Positions 34,201 to 43,152 of a stretch of DNA of 64,000 bases are shown one piece after another. This DNA is from a virus. The stretch is taken from positions 73,504 to 137,503 of the IMG/VR virus record IMGVR_UViG_3300009068_000024; one strand, given 5' to 3'. Position 1 is the first letter of the stretch, and every line of letters starts with the position of its first letter. Both the position numbers and the translations under genes were made by a program. The notes below the pieces were generated by a model that saw nothing but the letters and a program-made list of their open reading frames with translations, had not been told where the DNA came from and did not search any database.

Positions 34201-36142
34201 CTATATGGTTGGGTCTAAAGTTACTGTTACAAAAATTAACAGACTTGATGCCGGTAATGTTTTTGCTAAAAGTCTTGCGTGGAGCAATGTTTACACTATT
34301 ACTGAAGTTAGCAATCCAGGTTCAACTGTTAAATGGTTTGAAGTTTATGTTGAAGGTCTAACTAATGCATCAACCATAGAGGTGCAAACTTTGAGCAGCC
34401 CGAACTATGGTAAGGCAGTTTCTACTGCAATGCTGGTTTCAGATGCTAAAGCTCTTACTTCTGGATCTGCAACTACGACTCAACTAACTTACAATGGAAC
34501 TAGCTTACCTTTTTCTACAGGACAAATGCTTACCGTTGTTGGATTTACCGGGGGAAACGCTGCTAGATTAAATGACAAAGGTAAAATAAGTGTTGCATCA
34601 AATAGTCAAGTAAAAGTTGATATAGACGGGGCAACCGCATCCAGCACTTCAACCGGGGCTCCATTTGCTTACGTTAGATTGTATGCATCTGCTTATCTAG
34701 ACTATTCTCAATCAATTACCGCTCAGACTGTTTACGGTATTTCTGCTGTTTCTGGTACAAAAACTATCACTCTATACTCTCCAGGGCATGGTTTTTCTAA
34801 TCAAGATTTAATAAAACTTGTACTTCCAGGTACAGCATACTCCAAATATTATCCAACTGACAGTTCCCCCGTTTTAATTACAAAAATAGATGCTGATACT
34901 TTTAGTTATACAGTAGCTAACGCTATCTCTAGCATTCCTACATCTGGAACTATTACAAATATTACTTTTCCAACTTCCGGAACTGTAAGATTTACGGCTA
35001 CCAATAGTTTTTCTACAAATGATAGAATAACTATAAAAGGTGTACTCCCTGCAGTTTATAATTTAAATGCTGCAACTGTAACTGCTAGAACTAATAGTTA
35101 TTTTGAGATCTCAAGTGCAGAAACTTCTGCTTACGTAGCTTCAAGCGGTATTGCTATGCAAGCTTTGAGTCCTAACGGTACAGCAATAAATGCTCCTTAT
35201 GTATCTATAACCCCAGTTGTATTTTCTAGAAGCTATGGAGAGTTTCCCAACAATGCAAATATTGGTGGATTAGATTTTGATGGCACTACTTATACCGGTA
35301 ATTTCTACCCAAACACCATTGTTCGTGGTAGCGATATGGTCACTCTTGATGCTCATATGGAGCAGTACAGCAACTCAGTAAATGGCTTTAATTATCGAAT
35401 AGATTGTACTTTAGATGCTTCAAGCGGTGTAAGTACTTTTAAACGTAAATTTGTTTTAATACCTATAACTCCTGTAACACTTAAAGAGTATTTAGCTACA
35501 AAAGCAAACGGCGTTCTTCCTAGAGGTGAAGTTGCTCCTCCTTATGCTTTTGGTGCGGACAAGATCACATTTGAGCATCCTGGCAACGTAAAAAATGTTA
35601 GCTTCAGTGAGAGTGCTGAAAACGCTGCTACAAGAATGTTTGTTTCCGGTAATAATGGTGCCGGAGATCCAAACTCTATGGCGCGATTTTCTGGAGCCGC
35701 GGATGGTGGTCTTCTTGAGGCTGGCTGGCCTATCCTAGATAGAGCTGAAAAAATTGACTGGCCTACTCAATATAATCCTTTAGTTATAACTGTTAATAAA
35801 GATAACTGGGGTAACTACGATGCTGAGGCAGATTTCTATTTAACAGCTAAAAGATTCTTATATCAATCTAGACCTCCTCAGGGTGACTTTATAATTAGAG
35901 TTAATGGATCTTTGCCTCCAGTTATTGGTACATATAATCCCGGAGACTGGTGTCAATTAATAGTTGATGATGAGGCTGGATTCATTAATAGTAGATTAGC
36001 TAGCGTACTAGAACCTAGAAAAGATGTCATTCTTAGAAGGATTGACAACATCAAGGTTTCAGTTCCAAATAGCCCTGCATTCCCAGAAGAAATTGATTTG
36101 ACCCTAGTTACAGACTGGGAGGTGGATAAAGTTGGCATATAG
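31250..36142 (+). CDS. Minor tail / baseplate hub protein with ~12 inserted beta-rich repeats
   Basis: N-terminal LYVVRNG..WGGIIW.R and C-terminal YNPGDW..L.VDD..RRI hub-like segments flank a Thr/Ser-rich repeat array. Confidence 0.75.
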   Translation: MTEAYPIGTSATAAKYTYYAVDIVSNKILAQIPFEDVIYERTLKGSGSFDGKISINKQTKDLDLYNSLLPGKSALYVVRNGVCMWGGIIWGRTYDLFGRSLNVTASEFTSYLKHRIIWKTYSYQFTANVFKQTKDLPAIVSLQNTSNINLKIPIKVLDDYGNLNTVYVSFTRSDLIQYNGYYPLSSSTTPTTTKFAITIPNIPSGTYTDVSISVRVDTYEYLKELMKEAAQDFIDTQFANEIITPGVKIPYEITNKVASGGVVTLTTSTNHDLVPGQNVEIRNVDESVDGNRLIFDTPSSNTFSVTVPAYNITKVSASATTATVVVDVVDTNDLFKLRSGSKVTITGVPTFNGYNYFNFSNVKILSVTNNNTFTYAITNPRGSVTITNATSTSSLITYTGTNTFSVGDYVTVKNANKDKLNVINSIVTFANGTTFKVANPYGSVIAGGYKSNSATAYAGVNTASGSPGVVSQVAIPSTNIYTNKYEVATRALKTTKPYGVTSAKRSYNADKSLFIVTLQLSLSKSRTFPFVKGDTITTSLAGDTKKDVNDNYMYTALTNGDGGGVVLTSVDAAKKTVSYELTGVSTTKEDGTTYLAEQTTFTTLAGTNTINYANAITEVELGISEETPLRTDMYVYVTGVDGAGWSQPLYNGFHKVSAVSNTDPDTNVVSTKITHYSTLAGIATLYTSKNNSFVNDNMLTVAGFTGSLTFLNGSFKIIDSIQGPLDRSSYVTYSIDDNITRAKTATAAGVTGRVKGQNIFRYDLPEYGPMGEPDGAYTVTEYKVYGYADDATDKRSTVRIKTQVPVKFNVGDSVYVAIGVAAADGTHKVATISPTRDSFTYRALAINSAKYAAGDEKYKTTSGTVTRTSAQLDQQSLKYMITISGVSCENNVVTVRKDNHQFSVEDSIDLVFPTAFQDYDNNGYKATIQSVDNNSFTYTLTNFRTGVTTAPTSGVAQISKYQFTKNTSNKKSGTIRFTTVAEHYYMVGSKVTVTKINRLDAGNVFAKSLAWSNVYTITEVSNPGSTVKWFEVYVEGLTNASTIEVQTLSSPNYGKAVSTAMLVSDAKALTSGSATTTQLTYNGTSLPFSTGQMLTVVGFTGGNAARLNDKGKISVASNSQVKVDIDGATASSTSTGAPFAYVRLYASAYLDYSQSITAQTVYGISAVSGTKTITLYSPGHGFSNQDLIKLVLPGTAYSKYYPTDSSPVLITKIDADTFSYTVANAISSIPTSGTITNITFPTSGTVRFTATNSFSTNDRITIKGVLPAVYNLNAATVTARTNSYFEISSAETSAYVASSGIAMQALSPNGTAINAPYVSITPVVFSRSYGEFPNNANIGGLDFDGTTYTGNFYPNTIVRGSDMVTLDAHMEQYSNSVNGFNYRIDCTLDASSGVSTFKRKFVLIPITPVTLKEYLATKANGVLPRGEVAPPYAFGADKITFEHPGNVKNVSFSESAENAATRMFVSGNNGAGDPNSMARFSGAADGGLLEAGWPILDRAEKIDWPTQYNPLVITVNKDNWGNYDAEADFYLTAKRFLYQSRPPQGDFIIRVNGSLPPVIGTYNPGDWCQLIVDDEAGFINSRLASVLEPRKDVILRRIDNIKVSVPNSPAFPEEIDLTLVTDWEVDKVGI

Positions 36143-39100
36143 ACGCATACAAAGGAGTAAAGAGCTTTCTGATTATTTAAGAGCTATGAATGAAGATGTT
36201 ACTAAATTAAATAATAGGAACTACGTCACTTCTATTGCCGCAAATGCTATTGGATCTAGTGAAATTGGTGAAGATGTAATTTTAGATAATAAATCTATTT
36301 CCAGTTTAAATTATCTTCCAGGAGTATCTGGTTGGAGAATTGATGGTTACGGAAACTCTGAGTTTGCTAACGTCTACGTTCGTGGGGATATTAATGCTTA
36401 CTCTGGCACTATTGGTTATTGGAATATTAGCCAACCTTTAGTCAAAAGAACTTTTGGAGATTATGTAATTTATGGAACTCTTCTTGAAAGTTCTGATCTA
36501 GGATTGACAGACGACGGAGTTACCTCCGGTACTTACGTCGGTCTTTTTAAATCTTATATAGATGAACAAATTAGCGTACTGTCTGCATCTAGAGATTCTG
36601 AAATTGCAACAATAACTGTTGCGGCGCACAATTATTCTGTAGGGGATTACATTAAAGTTAGGGTTGTTGAAGATTCTAGTTTTAACACCAACTCTTCAAT
36701 AATTGTAGACGTAAGTGATACAACTTATAAATATTATAATGCCGGATCTGACGTAACGGTTGATCAAATCTCTGGCTATTCTATTCTTGCTATAAAAGAT
36801 ATTGCCGGTCTTTATCTTCGAGATTACTCAAGGTCTGAATTTGATTATGGATATTTTTCTAATACTGGTATAAAGTATGTTTCAGCTGAAGATATCAACA
36901 TAATTGAAAATCCTAGCTTTGAATATAAGGATGACAGCGGATCAACGGTATCATCTTTGGTGTCCTGGTCGGCCGGATCTGGACTTACTTTAGCAACTTT
37001 AGATATCAGCTCTGTATATTCTAGCGATAGTGCTTACGGTGGAAAACTTACATGGTCTGGCACTGGGCTATCTACCTATTTATCTTCAAAAATTGACTAT
37101 TCTTCCGGAAGTAGTTATGGCGTATTTAATTCAGGAAAGAGTCTTTACCTTGATCTGACAGTTTTTCCTTACTATGTTCCTGTAGCCAAAACTATAAGCT
37201 CTATAGCAAGTTGGTCAGTGGGAAGTACTTGGTATCTAAAAGTATACTCCACAGCTCACGGATTTTCTGCAGGAGATACTGTATTTTTAGACGTTAATGC
37301 TACTTTTACTAAAGATGGTGTAACAACAACCCACTGTCCGCATACAATTGCTGATGGTACACTTGGATACACCTTCACCGTCCTATCTAGCCCTGCCCCG
37401 GCTAGTAATTATTTTTATGTAAATGCAAATCCAAGTGGAAGTTTTAACGCTCCTGAGCAGACTTTAACAACAGCTTCTGCCACCAGCGTATCTATATCTG
37501 CTTATAAAGCATATGAAGTTGCTTTGGATTTAACTGCAATACAGTTTAGGTATGAAAACGGTACTACAACCCCAATAACTGATGTTGTATCTATTGCAAC
37601 AAAAACTTTATGGGATGATGGAAAAAATAAATACTTATTTAGTAATTCAAATGATTACATTTTTTCTTATATTAAGCATCAAAATGACCCAACTTTCGTG
37701 GTTGAGCCAATGTATAAAACTGATCCTATCATTATTGATGCTGAAAGTCTTGAAACTAGTTACAGAAGCTCTGACATTGATAGTTTAAATGATCAGTTAG
37801 ATTTTTATTTAGATATTCCTGGCTGGTTGCTTAAGCACGATGGTAATTACGTAGTTTCTGGTACAAAAGTGACTAATTCTTCTGGAATAGGTTACATTGT
37901 AGATAATGTTTTATTGTCAACTGCATCTAATTTTTTCTATGGTTCTTATCTAGACACAAATCGTTGGGCTGATGGTAATAATAATCCTGCTCAAGCGTCT
38001 ATTGAAAGCAGTAAAACTTGGTTAAATGTAGACTTAGCGGGTCAATCTGCTAGCCTAGATTATTTTGATTACGTTAAATTTAGAAATAATACTTTTACTA
38101 AAACTATGATTCAGCGGCCATCTTTAAGTATGAGTGATTCTTTAGAATTATATGTACCTTTTTCTGGAAATAATTATGATACACTTACTCTTAGTTCTGG
38201 AGAATATCAGTATTTAGCTGCTTCATCTATTTATAAAAATATTAACTCTAATTTAAAACTTATAACTGGAGACAATAATTCTCAGTTTGAGCTTTCTACT
38301 AGCAGTAGGTATATAGATACTACTACTGGGATTCTAGATTATAGAGTTGCAGCTGTTATATCTGGAAACGTAGAGTCATCATACGGTTCTGAAACTTCTA
38401 CTATTCGAATTGCTAGCGATAAACTTGTTTGGACTTATGTACCAGATGAAATGACAACTGATGAAAAAGTTGTTTTTGATCAAGATCATATACTTTTATC
38501 TGCTCCTCAAACTACTATAGATGGTGATTTATTAGTTACTGGAGCTGCAGTCTATACTGGTGGAGCTAGCTATTCTGGAGATACTTCTTATCAAAGAATA
38601 AGAATTACATCCGTTGATGGTGTTGGAAGCGGTACCCAAGGTTTTCAGTTGGGAGCTACTTCTGGCTTAAATCTTCAAATGGATAGAAATAGTATTCAGG
38701 TATATAGCAATAGCGTTGCATCAGATATAGATATAAATGGTTCAGGTGGATCAGTTAGTATTGGAAGTACCTCATCTGATGTGGCGATTAAAAAACTAAC
38801 TGTTGCAGGATACGTCACTAATACTTCTGGTGGAGTACTAGGCACTGTTGCTACAATACCTAATTCTGGTTTAACGAACTCTGCAATAACAATTAATGGA
38901 TCATCAGTGTCATTGGGCGGTTCAATAACAGTAACAGTTGCAAACTTTAGTGGTTCTGGAACATCAATCACTGGTTTGCAATCTGCTGCTGGTATTGCAC
39001 TACCTATATCAACTGCAAATAACACTACTGCATCTGGTGCTATCACTATTGCAACTGGTACATCGTCTAACTCTGGTACCACAACTGGAACTCTATCTAT

Positions 39101-40706
39101 AAGCACGGGAAATAGTGCAAGTGCTGGAACTTCTGCTTCTGGATCTATTACGATCAAAACAGGCGATGGCCTTGGTGGAGCTGGTAGTACTGGTGGAGTA
39201 ACTATTGATGTTGGCTCTAGCGCTGGAACTGGTCTTGCTGGAACTATTAATATTGGTGCTAATAATTCACCTACTATAAACATTGGTAAAACTTCTTCAT
39301 CTGTATCTATAAAACCTTTAACTGCTGCAGGATACGTCACTAATACTTCTGACGGAACCCTAGGAACTACTACAACCATCCCTAAGTCTGTAGTTGGCCT
39401 TGGTAACGTAGACAATACTTCAGATGTTAATAAGCCAGTATCGACCGCTCAGCAGACTGCGTTGGATTTAAAACTTACTTCTAGTGTTGCAGCATCAACT
39501 TATGCTCCTATAGCATCGCCTACATTTACAGGAACTGTTTCTGGTATTACAAAGACAATGGTTGGGCTTGGTAACGTAGACAATACTTCAGATGTTAATA
39601 AGCCAGTATCGACCGCTCAGCAGACTGCGTTAGATCTAAAGGCAAATAAAAATAATGCTGTATTTACTGGAACTATGCCATCAGTCACTAGCTCTACTTC
39701 TTCAAGTGTTAAGTCTAGTACTGATTTAGTAAACAGAGCATACATAGATTCTGTTGTTAATCCAACAACTTGGAAAGTTTCAGTCGTATGCGCGACTACA
39801 GCAGCTTTAGGTACTTCTGGAAACCTAGTTGGTGGAACTATCACTACTACCTATAATAATGGAACTTCAGGTGTAGGGGCAACTTTAACTATTGCTACTT
39901 CATCAAACTGGACAGCTATTACTATCGATGGATATAGTTTTAACACAAGTGATCGTGTACTTATTAAGAATCAAGCATCAGCTTTTCAAAATGGTATTTA
40001 TACAGTTACAACTAAAGGAACTGTTGGAACAACTACTTCATTTGTTTTTACTAGAGCAACTGACGCAGACACTTCTACAGAAAATTTTGAAAAACACTCC
40101 CTGTATGTTGAGTACGGAACTAATTATGCTGACAATGCTTTTGTAAATATTATAAATGGTGATATTGTAATGGGGACTACCGATATAGTATACAGCCTTG
40201 GTGTTTTTAATTCAACTGTCCCACTTTCAGGATTAGGTAGAATTCCTTACACAAATTCTGATAGAGGGATTACCTATACTGCTCCATATACAAAGACTGG
40301 TCAGGTTTTAAAAAGTGGATTTGCTGCACCTGGTGCAGATTTAGGTTGGTATGATCCAGTCCCATTTGATATGAAAACTGGAAAAATTGCTTCCACTGAC
40401 TGGGATAATGTTGCTAGTCCAGTTGGTGAAGTGATCGTTACTTTTGATGCTGCTTTTCAAACAGGAGCTGTTCCTAATATAACATTTAGTCCGATATCTA
40501 CATCTACAACTACAATTTTTACAGTTACCTTAAAATCAGCCCCTACGGAAACTGGTTTTACTGCCATTATTAGAACTTGGAATGGTACAGCTTTTTCAGT
40601 TACTACGGCTCCTACTGTATATTGGACTGCAGTGCAAGGAGCAAGAATAGTAGGTACTGCATCCAGCACTAATGATGGCAGAACAGACTATGGAACTGTT
40701 GGTTAG
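36132..40706 (+). CDS. Tail fibre / receptor-binding minor tail protein
   Basis: NYLPGVSGWRIDG.G..EF.NV.VRG motif, G/S/T-rich region, VGLGNVDNTSD.NKPVST repeats, DRVLIKNQ...QNGIY motif. Confidence 0.75.
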   Translation: MAYRRIQRSKELSDYLRAMNEDVTKLNNRNYVTSIAANAIGSSEIGEDVILDNKSISSLNYLPGVSGWRIDGYGNSEFANVYVRGDINAYSGTIGYWNISQPLVKRTFGDYVIYGTLLESSDLGLTDDGVTSGTYVGLFKSYIDEQISVLSASRDSEIATITVAAHNYSVGDYIKVRVVEDSSFNTNSSIIVDVSDTTYKYYNAGSDVTVDQISGYSILAIKDIAGLYLRDYSRSEFDYGYFSNTGIKYVSAEDINIIENPSFEYKDDSGSTVSSLVSWSAGSGLTLATLDISSVYSSDSAYGGKLTWSGTGLSTYLSSKIDYSSGSSYGVFNSGKSLYLDLTVFPYYVPVAKTISSIASWSVGSTWYLKVYSTAHGFSAGDTVFLDVNATFTKDGVTTTHCPHTIADGTLGYTFTVLSSPAPASNYFYVNANPSGSFNAPEQTLTTASATSVSISAYKAYEVALDLTAIQFRYENGTTTPITDVVSIATKTLWDDGKNKYLFSNSNDYIFSYIKHQNDPTFVVEPMYKTDPIIIDAESLETSYRSSDIDSLNDQLDFYLDIPGWLLKHDGNYVVSGTKVTNSSGIGYIVDNVLLSTASNFFYGSYLDTNRWADGNNNPAQASIESSKTWLNVDLAGQSASLDYFDYVKFRNNTFTKTMIQRPSLSMSDSLELYVPFSGNNYDTLTLSSGEYQYLAASSIYKNINSNLKLITGDNNSQFELSTSSRYIDTTTGILDYRVAAVISGNVESSYGSETSTIRIASDKLVWTYVPDEMTTDEKVVFDQDHILLSAPQTTIDGDLLVTGAAVYTGGASYSGDTSYQRIRITSVDGVGSGTQGFQLGATSGLNLQMDRNSIQVYSNSVASDIDINGSGGSVSIGSTSSDVAIKKLTVAGYVTNTSGGVLGTVATIPNSGLTNSAITINGSSVSLGGSITVTVANFSGSGTSITGLQSAAGIALPISTANNTTASGAITIATGTSSNSGTTTGTLSISTGNSASAGTSASGSITIKTGDGLGGAGSTGGVTIDVGSSAGTGLAGTINIGANNSPTINIGKTSSSVSIKPLTAAGYVTNTSDGTLGTTTTIPKSVVGLGNVDNTSDVNKPVSTAQQTALDLKLTSSVAASTYAPIASPTFTGTVSGITKTMVGLGNVDNTSDVNKPVSTAQQTALDLKANKNNAVFTGTMPSVTSSTSSSVKSSTDLVNRAYIDSVVNPTTWKVSVVCATTAALGTSGNLVGGTITTTYNNGTSGVGATLTIATSSNWTAITIDGYSFNTSDRVLIKNQASAFQNGIYTVTTKGTVGTTTSFVFTRATDADTSTENFEKHSLYVEYGTNYADNAFVNIINGDIVMGTTDIVYSLGVFNSTVPLSGLGRIPYTNSDRGITYTAPYTKTGQVLKSGFAAPGADLGWYDPVPFDMKTGKIASTDWDNVASPVGEVIVTFDAAFQTGAVPNITFSPISTSTTTIFTVTLKSAPTETGFTAIIRTWNGTAFSVTTAPTVYWTAVQGARIVGTASSTNDGRTDYGTVG
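39399..39631 (+). repeat. Exact 65-nt direct repeat in the tail fibre gene
   Basis: 39399-39463 is identical to 39567-39631 (LGNVDNTSDVNKPVSTAQQTA). Confidence 0.92.
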
Positions 40707-40743
40707 TGATGATAAAATTAAGTAAAGTTTTGGAGGATAAGTA

Positions 40744-40872
40744 ATGTACACGATTCTAAAAATAACTACTGATGAAGTAGACGAATTTATTGTATATAAT
40801 AAACTAACTAATTTAGAGGTTGCTCGCTATTCTACATATAGTGAAGCATTTCAAGATTTATTATCTAGATAA
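40744..40872 (+). CDS. 42-aa hypothetical protein (not in ORF track)
   Basis: GGAGGA RBS at 40732; MYTILKITTDEVDEFIVYNKLTNLEVARYSTYSEAFQDLLSR. Confidence 0.65.
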   Translation: MYTILKITTDEVDEFIVYNKLTNLEVARYSTYSEAFQDLLSR

Positions 40873-40874
40873 AT

Positions 40875-41024
40875 TTAATTTTTAGGTCTAGGTTCTTGCC
40901 TGGGATCTCTAATAAATACAATACCTTGATGTTTTAATTCACAACATCTAGCCAATTTCATCACAACAAATACTTTTTTACATTCATTGCATTGATATGG
41001 ATCTTGCCTATTATTCTGTTTCAC
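40875..41024 (-). CDS. 49-aa zinc-finger-like microprotein (not in ORF track)
   Basis: GTG start; PYQCNECKKVFVVMKLARCCELKH; converges on the 42-aa ORF with a 2-nt gap. Confidence 0.6.
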   Translation of the reverse strand: MKQNNRQDPYQCNECKKVFVVMKLARCCELKHQGIVFIRDPRQEPRPKN

Positions 41025-41132
41025 TCGGGGCCTTACGGTCTACGATTACTATCAATTTATTATCTCACGTGTGTTATATCTCGTTATGCTAGTATTTATG
41101 TATAAAGTTACTATATAACCATAGGAGACAAA

Positions 41133-41693
41133 ATGACCGAATTTATCGGAATATCTGGATTTGCTAGATCTGGAAAAGATACTGCTGCTGATTATTTAGT
41201 AAAAAACCATGGATTTACAAGAATATCTTTTGCCGACCCGATGAGAGAAGCACTACTTGCATTAGACCCTAGTGTATCTTTTGGAATCTCTTCTATAAAA
41301 ATATCTACTCTAGTTAGGCTAGGTGGGTGGGATACGGTAAAAGAAGATTATCCAGAAGTTAGAGAACTTTTACAACGGATGGGTACAGAAGTTGGTCGTA
41401 ATCTTTTTGGAAAAGATTTTTGGGTAGACCAGGCTTTTAAAAAAGCTGAGCAATATGACAAAGTTGTATTTTCAGATTGTAGGTTTATCAATGAAGCCGA
41501 TGCCGTGACAGCTCATGGCGGGTCTGTGTGGCGTATCAACAGAGCCGGACTTCTTGCTCCAAATAATCACGTGTCTGAAAAAGAACTGAATGATTACAAC
41601 TTCAATGTGATCTTTAACAATGACGGTACCCTAGAAGATTTTTATAATAATATTGAAAGACACTTGGAGATTAAATGTCTGATCAAGGAATAG
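41133..41693 (+). CDS. Deoxynucleoside monophosphate kinase
   Basis: GISGFARSGKDT P-loop, SFADP, RELLQRMGTE.GR, DCRF.NE, HVSE. Confidence 0.92.
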   Translation: MTEFIGISGFARSGKDTAADYLVKNHGFTRISFADPMREALLALDPSVSFGISSIKISTLVRLGGWDTVKEDYPEVRELLQRMGTEVGRNLFGKDFWVDQAFKKAEQYDKVVFSDCRFINEADAVTAHGGSVWRINRAGLLAPNNHVSEKELNDYNFNVIFNNDGTLEDFYNNIERHLEIKCLIKE

Positions 41694-42331
41694 CTCTTTT
41701 GTATGCTCGTGTATCTACTCAACTGCAGGTAAGTGACGGAGTTTCATTAGATGTTCAGGAACGTCAACTACGTCAAGCAGCTGAGTTGGCTGGGTATACA
41801 GAGTTTGAACTTATCCGTGAAGAGGGTCGCTCAGGTAAGTCAATTACGGGCCGTCCGGCTCTTACAGCCGCTTTGAAGCGTTTAGATACTGGCACTGCTT
41901 CAGCCCTGTTTGTGACGCGTATCGACCGCCTAGCCCGCTCTACGAAGGACTTTTTGAGCATAATAGACCGGGCAAATGCCAATAAATGGCGTCTAGTTAT
42001 GCTAGATCTAAACCTGGACACAGCCAGCTATCAGGGCCGTTTTGTGGTTACGATTATGTCTGCTCTGGCTGAGATGGAACGTGGCATTATCGCTGAGCGT
42101 CAAAAAGATGTGCATAAAGATCGTCGAGCTCGTGGAATTAAGTGGGGGGTTGATATGGGCCCTAAAAATAAAACTTCTGATGAAGTAAAGGATCTCGTTA
42201 GAAAGCAGAAAGATTCCGGTCTTTCATTCCACGAAATAGCTAGAAGATTAAACAATAATGGCGTACCAACCCAGAATGGAGGGAGATGGTACGCCACTAC
42301 AGTTAAAAATATTTACGATTCTTTAGATTAA
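41675..42331 (+). CDS. Serine recombinase (resolvase/invertase type)
   Basis: YARVST catalytic motif, SGKS..RP.L, RIDRLARS, short C-terminal DNA-binding region. Confidence 0.92.
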   Translation: MSDQGIALLYARVSTQLQVSDGVSLDVQERQLRQAAELAGYTEFELIREEGRSGKSITGRPALTAALKRLDTGTASALFVTRIDRLARSTKDFLSIIDRANANKWRLVMLDLNLDTASYQGRFVVTIMSALAEMERGIIAERQKDVHKDRRARGIKWGVDMGPKNKTSDEVKDLVRKQKDSGLSFHEIARRLNNNGVPTQNGGRWYATTVKNIYDSLD

Positions 42332-43056
42332 TCTCTCTTCATAATCGTTTGAGCAAAACTTCCCGAGAATCCGTAAGTTCCATAATGAGTAGTGTCTACC
42401 CATGGGGCAGCATAAATCTTACCGCCTATAGACTTCCATCTTTCGCAGAAGTAGTAATCTTCTCCTAGTAACTGATTGTTGTCATCAAATTGCATATCAA
42501 AAAATTGAGTAAGCTCTCTTTCAATTTGAACACCGTTGCGGCTACTGACATCTGTATATGTTCTACAACTTGGAGCCAACTCTTCAAAAACTTTTCGACT
42601 TATATATACAAGCCCAGTTCCGACTCTTTCAACTTCCATAGGTTCCGTAATTTTTATTTCTTTACTTGTTGGAACTACTCCGGTAAAAAATCCTGTATAT
42701 TTTTCAAGATCTTCTTCGCCATTTAATGCAGCTTGTCTTACTTGCTCCCAGTTAATGGCTTTTTTAGGGTAGATAGCTCCAATAAAATCTTTACCGGAGT
42801 GGACCATTTCCGCAACTGCAATAGGATCAAAACCAGTATCTGCATCGATAAATAAGATACCGTCGGCTTCTTTGTTTTGAAGCATGTCGTGTACTAAAGC
42901 ATCCCTACCTCTACTTATGATACTTTCATTAATTATTACCGGATAGAACATAGAATCGCCTTTTCCCGCAAGTGTAAAAGACAGTGGTAAAACACTATGC
43001 ATGTATCCACCGTGGCACATACCGCCAAACATTGGGGTTGCAATTGCAATTAACAT
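42328..43056 (-). CDS. GT-A fold glycosyltransferase-like protein
   Basis: IATP.FGG, ES.ISRGR, LFIDAD (DxD), GTG...I.R.VF, GEDYYFC.RW...GG. Confidence 0.7.
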   Translation of the reverse strand: MLIAIATPMFGGMCHGGYMHSVLPLSFTLAGKGDSMFYPVIINESIISRGRDALVHDMLQNKEADGILFIDADTGFDPIAVAEMVHSGKDFIGAIYPKKAINWEQVRQAALNGEEDLEKYTGFFTGVVPTSKEIKITEPMEVERVGTGLVYISRKVFEELAPSCRTYTDVSSRNGVQIERELTQFFDMQFDDNNQLLGEDYYFCERWKSIGGKIYAAPWVDTTHYGTYGFSGSFAQTIMKRD

Positions 43057-43076
43057 AAAACTCCTTGATTGTTAGA

Positions 43077-43102
43077 GGAAGGGGTCTTTTTAGACCCCTT
43101 CC
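43077..43102. terminator. Perfect 11-bp hairpin between the helicase and glycosyltransferase-like genes
   Basis: GGAAGGGGTCT-TTTT-AGACCCCTTCC. Confidence 0.7.
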
Positions 43103-43152
43103 ATGTCTTTCTCCCGAATAGATCCCAAGACACAATTACATCCTATACCACA

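Noticed and set aside
39399-39631. Diversity-generating retroelement TR/VR pair
   Set aside because: The copies are identical with no adenine-specific mismatches, and no reverse transcriptase is in the window.
214-39844. Numerous short antisense or alternate-frame ORFs overlapping the structural genes (e.g. 214-711, 38696-39415)
   Set aside because: They are shadows of biased codon usage in long sense genes, with no RBS or motifs.
41675-42331. Integrase marking a prophage boundary
   Set aside because: Lacks the long C-terminal region of large serine integrases; phage genes continue on both sides; no att site seen.
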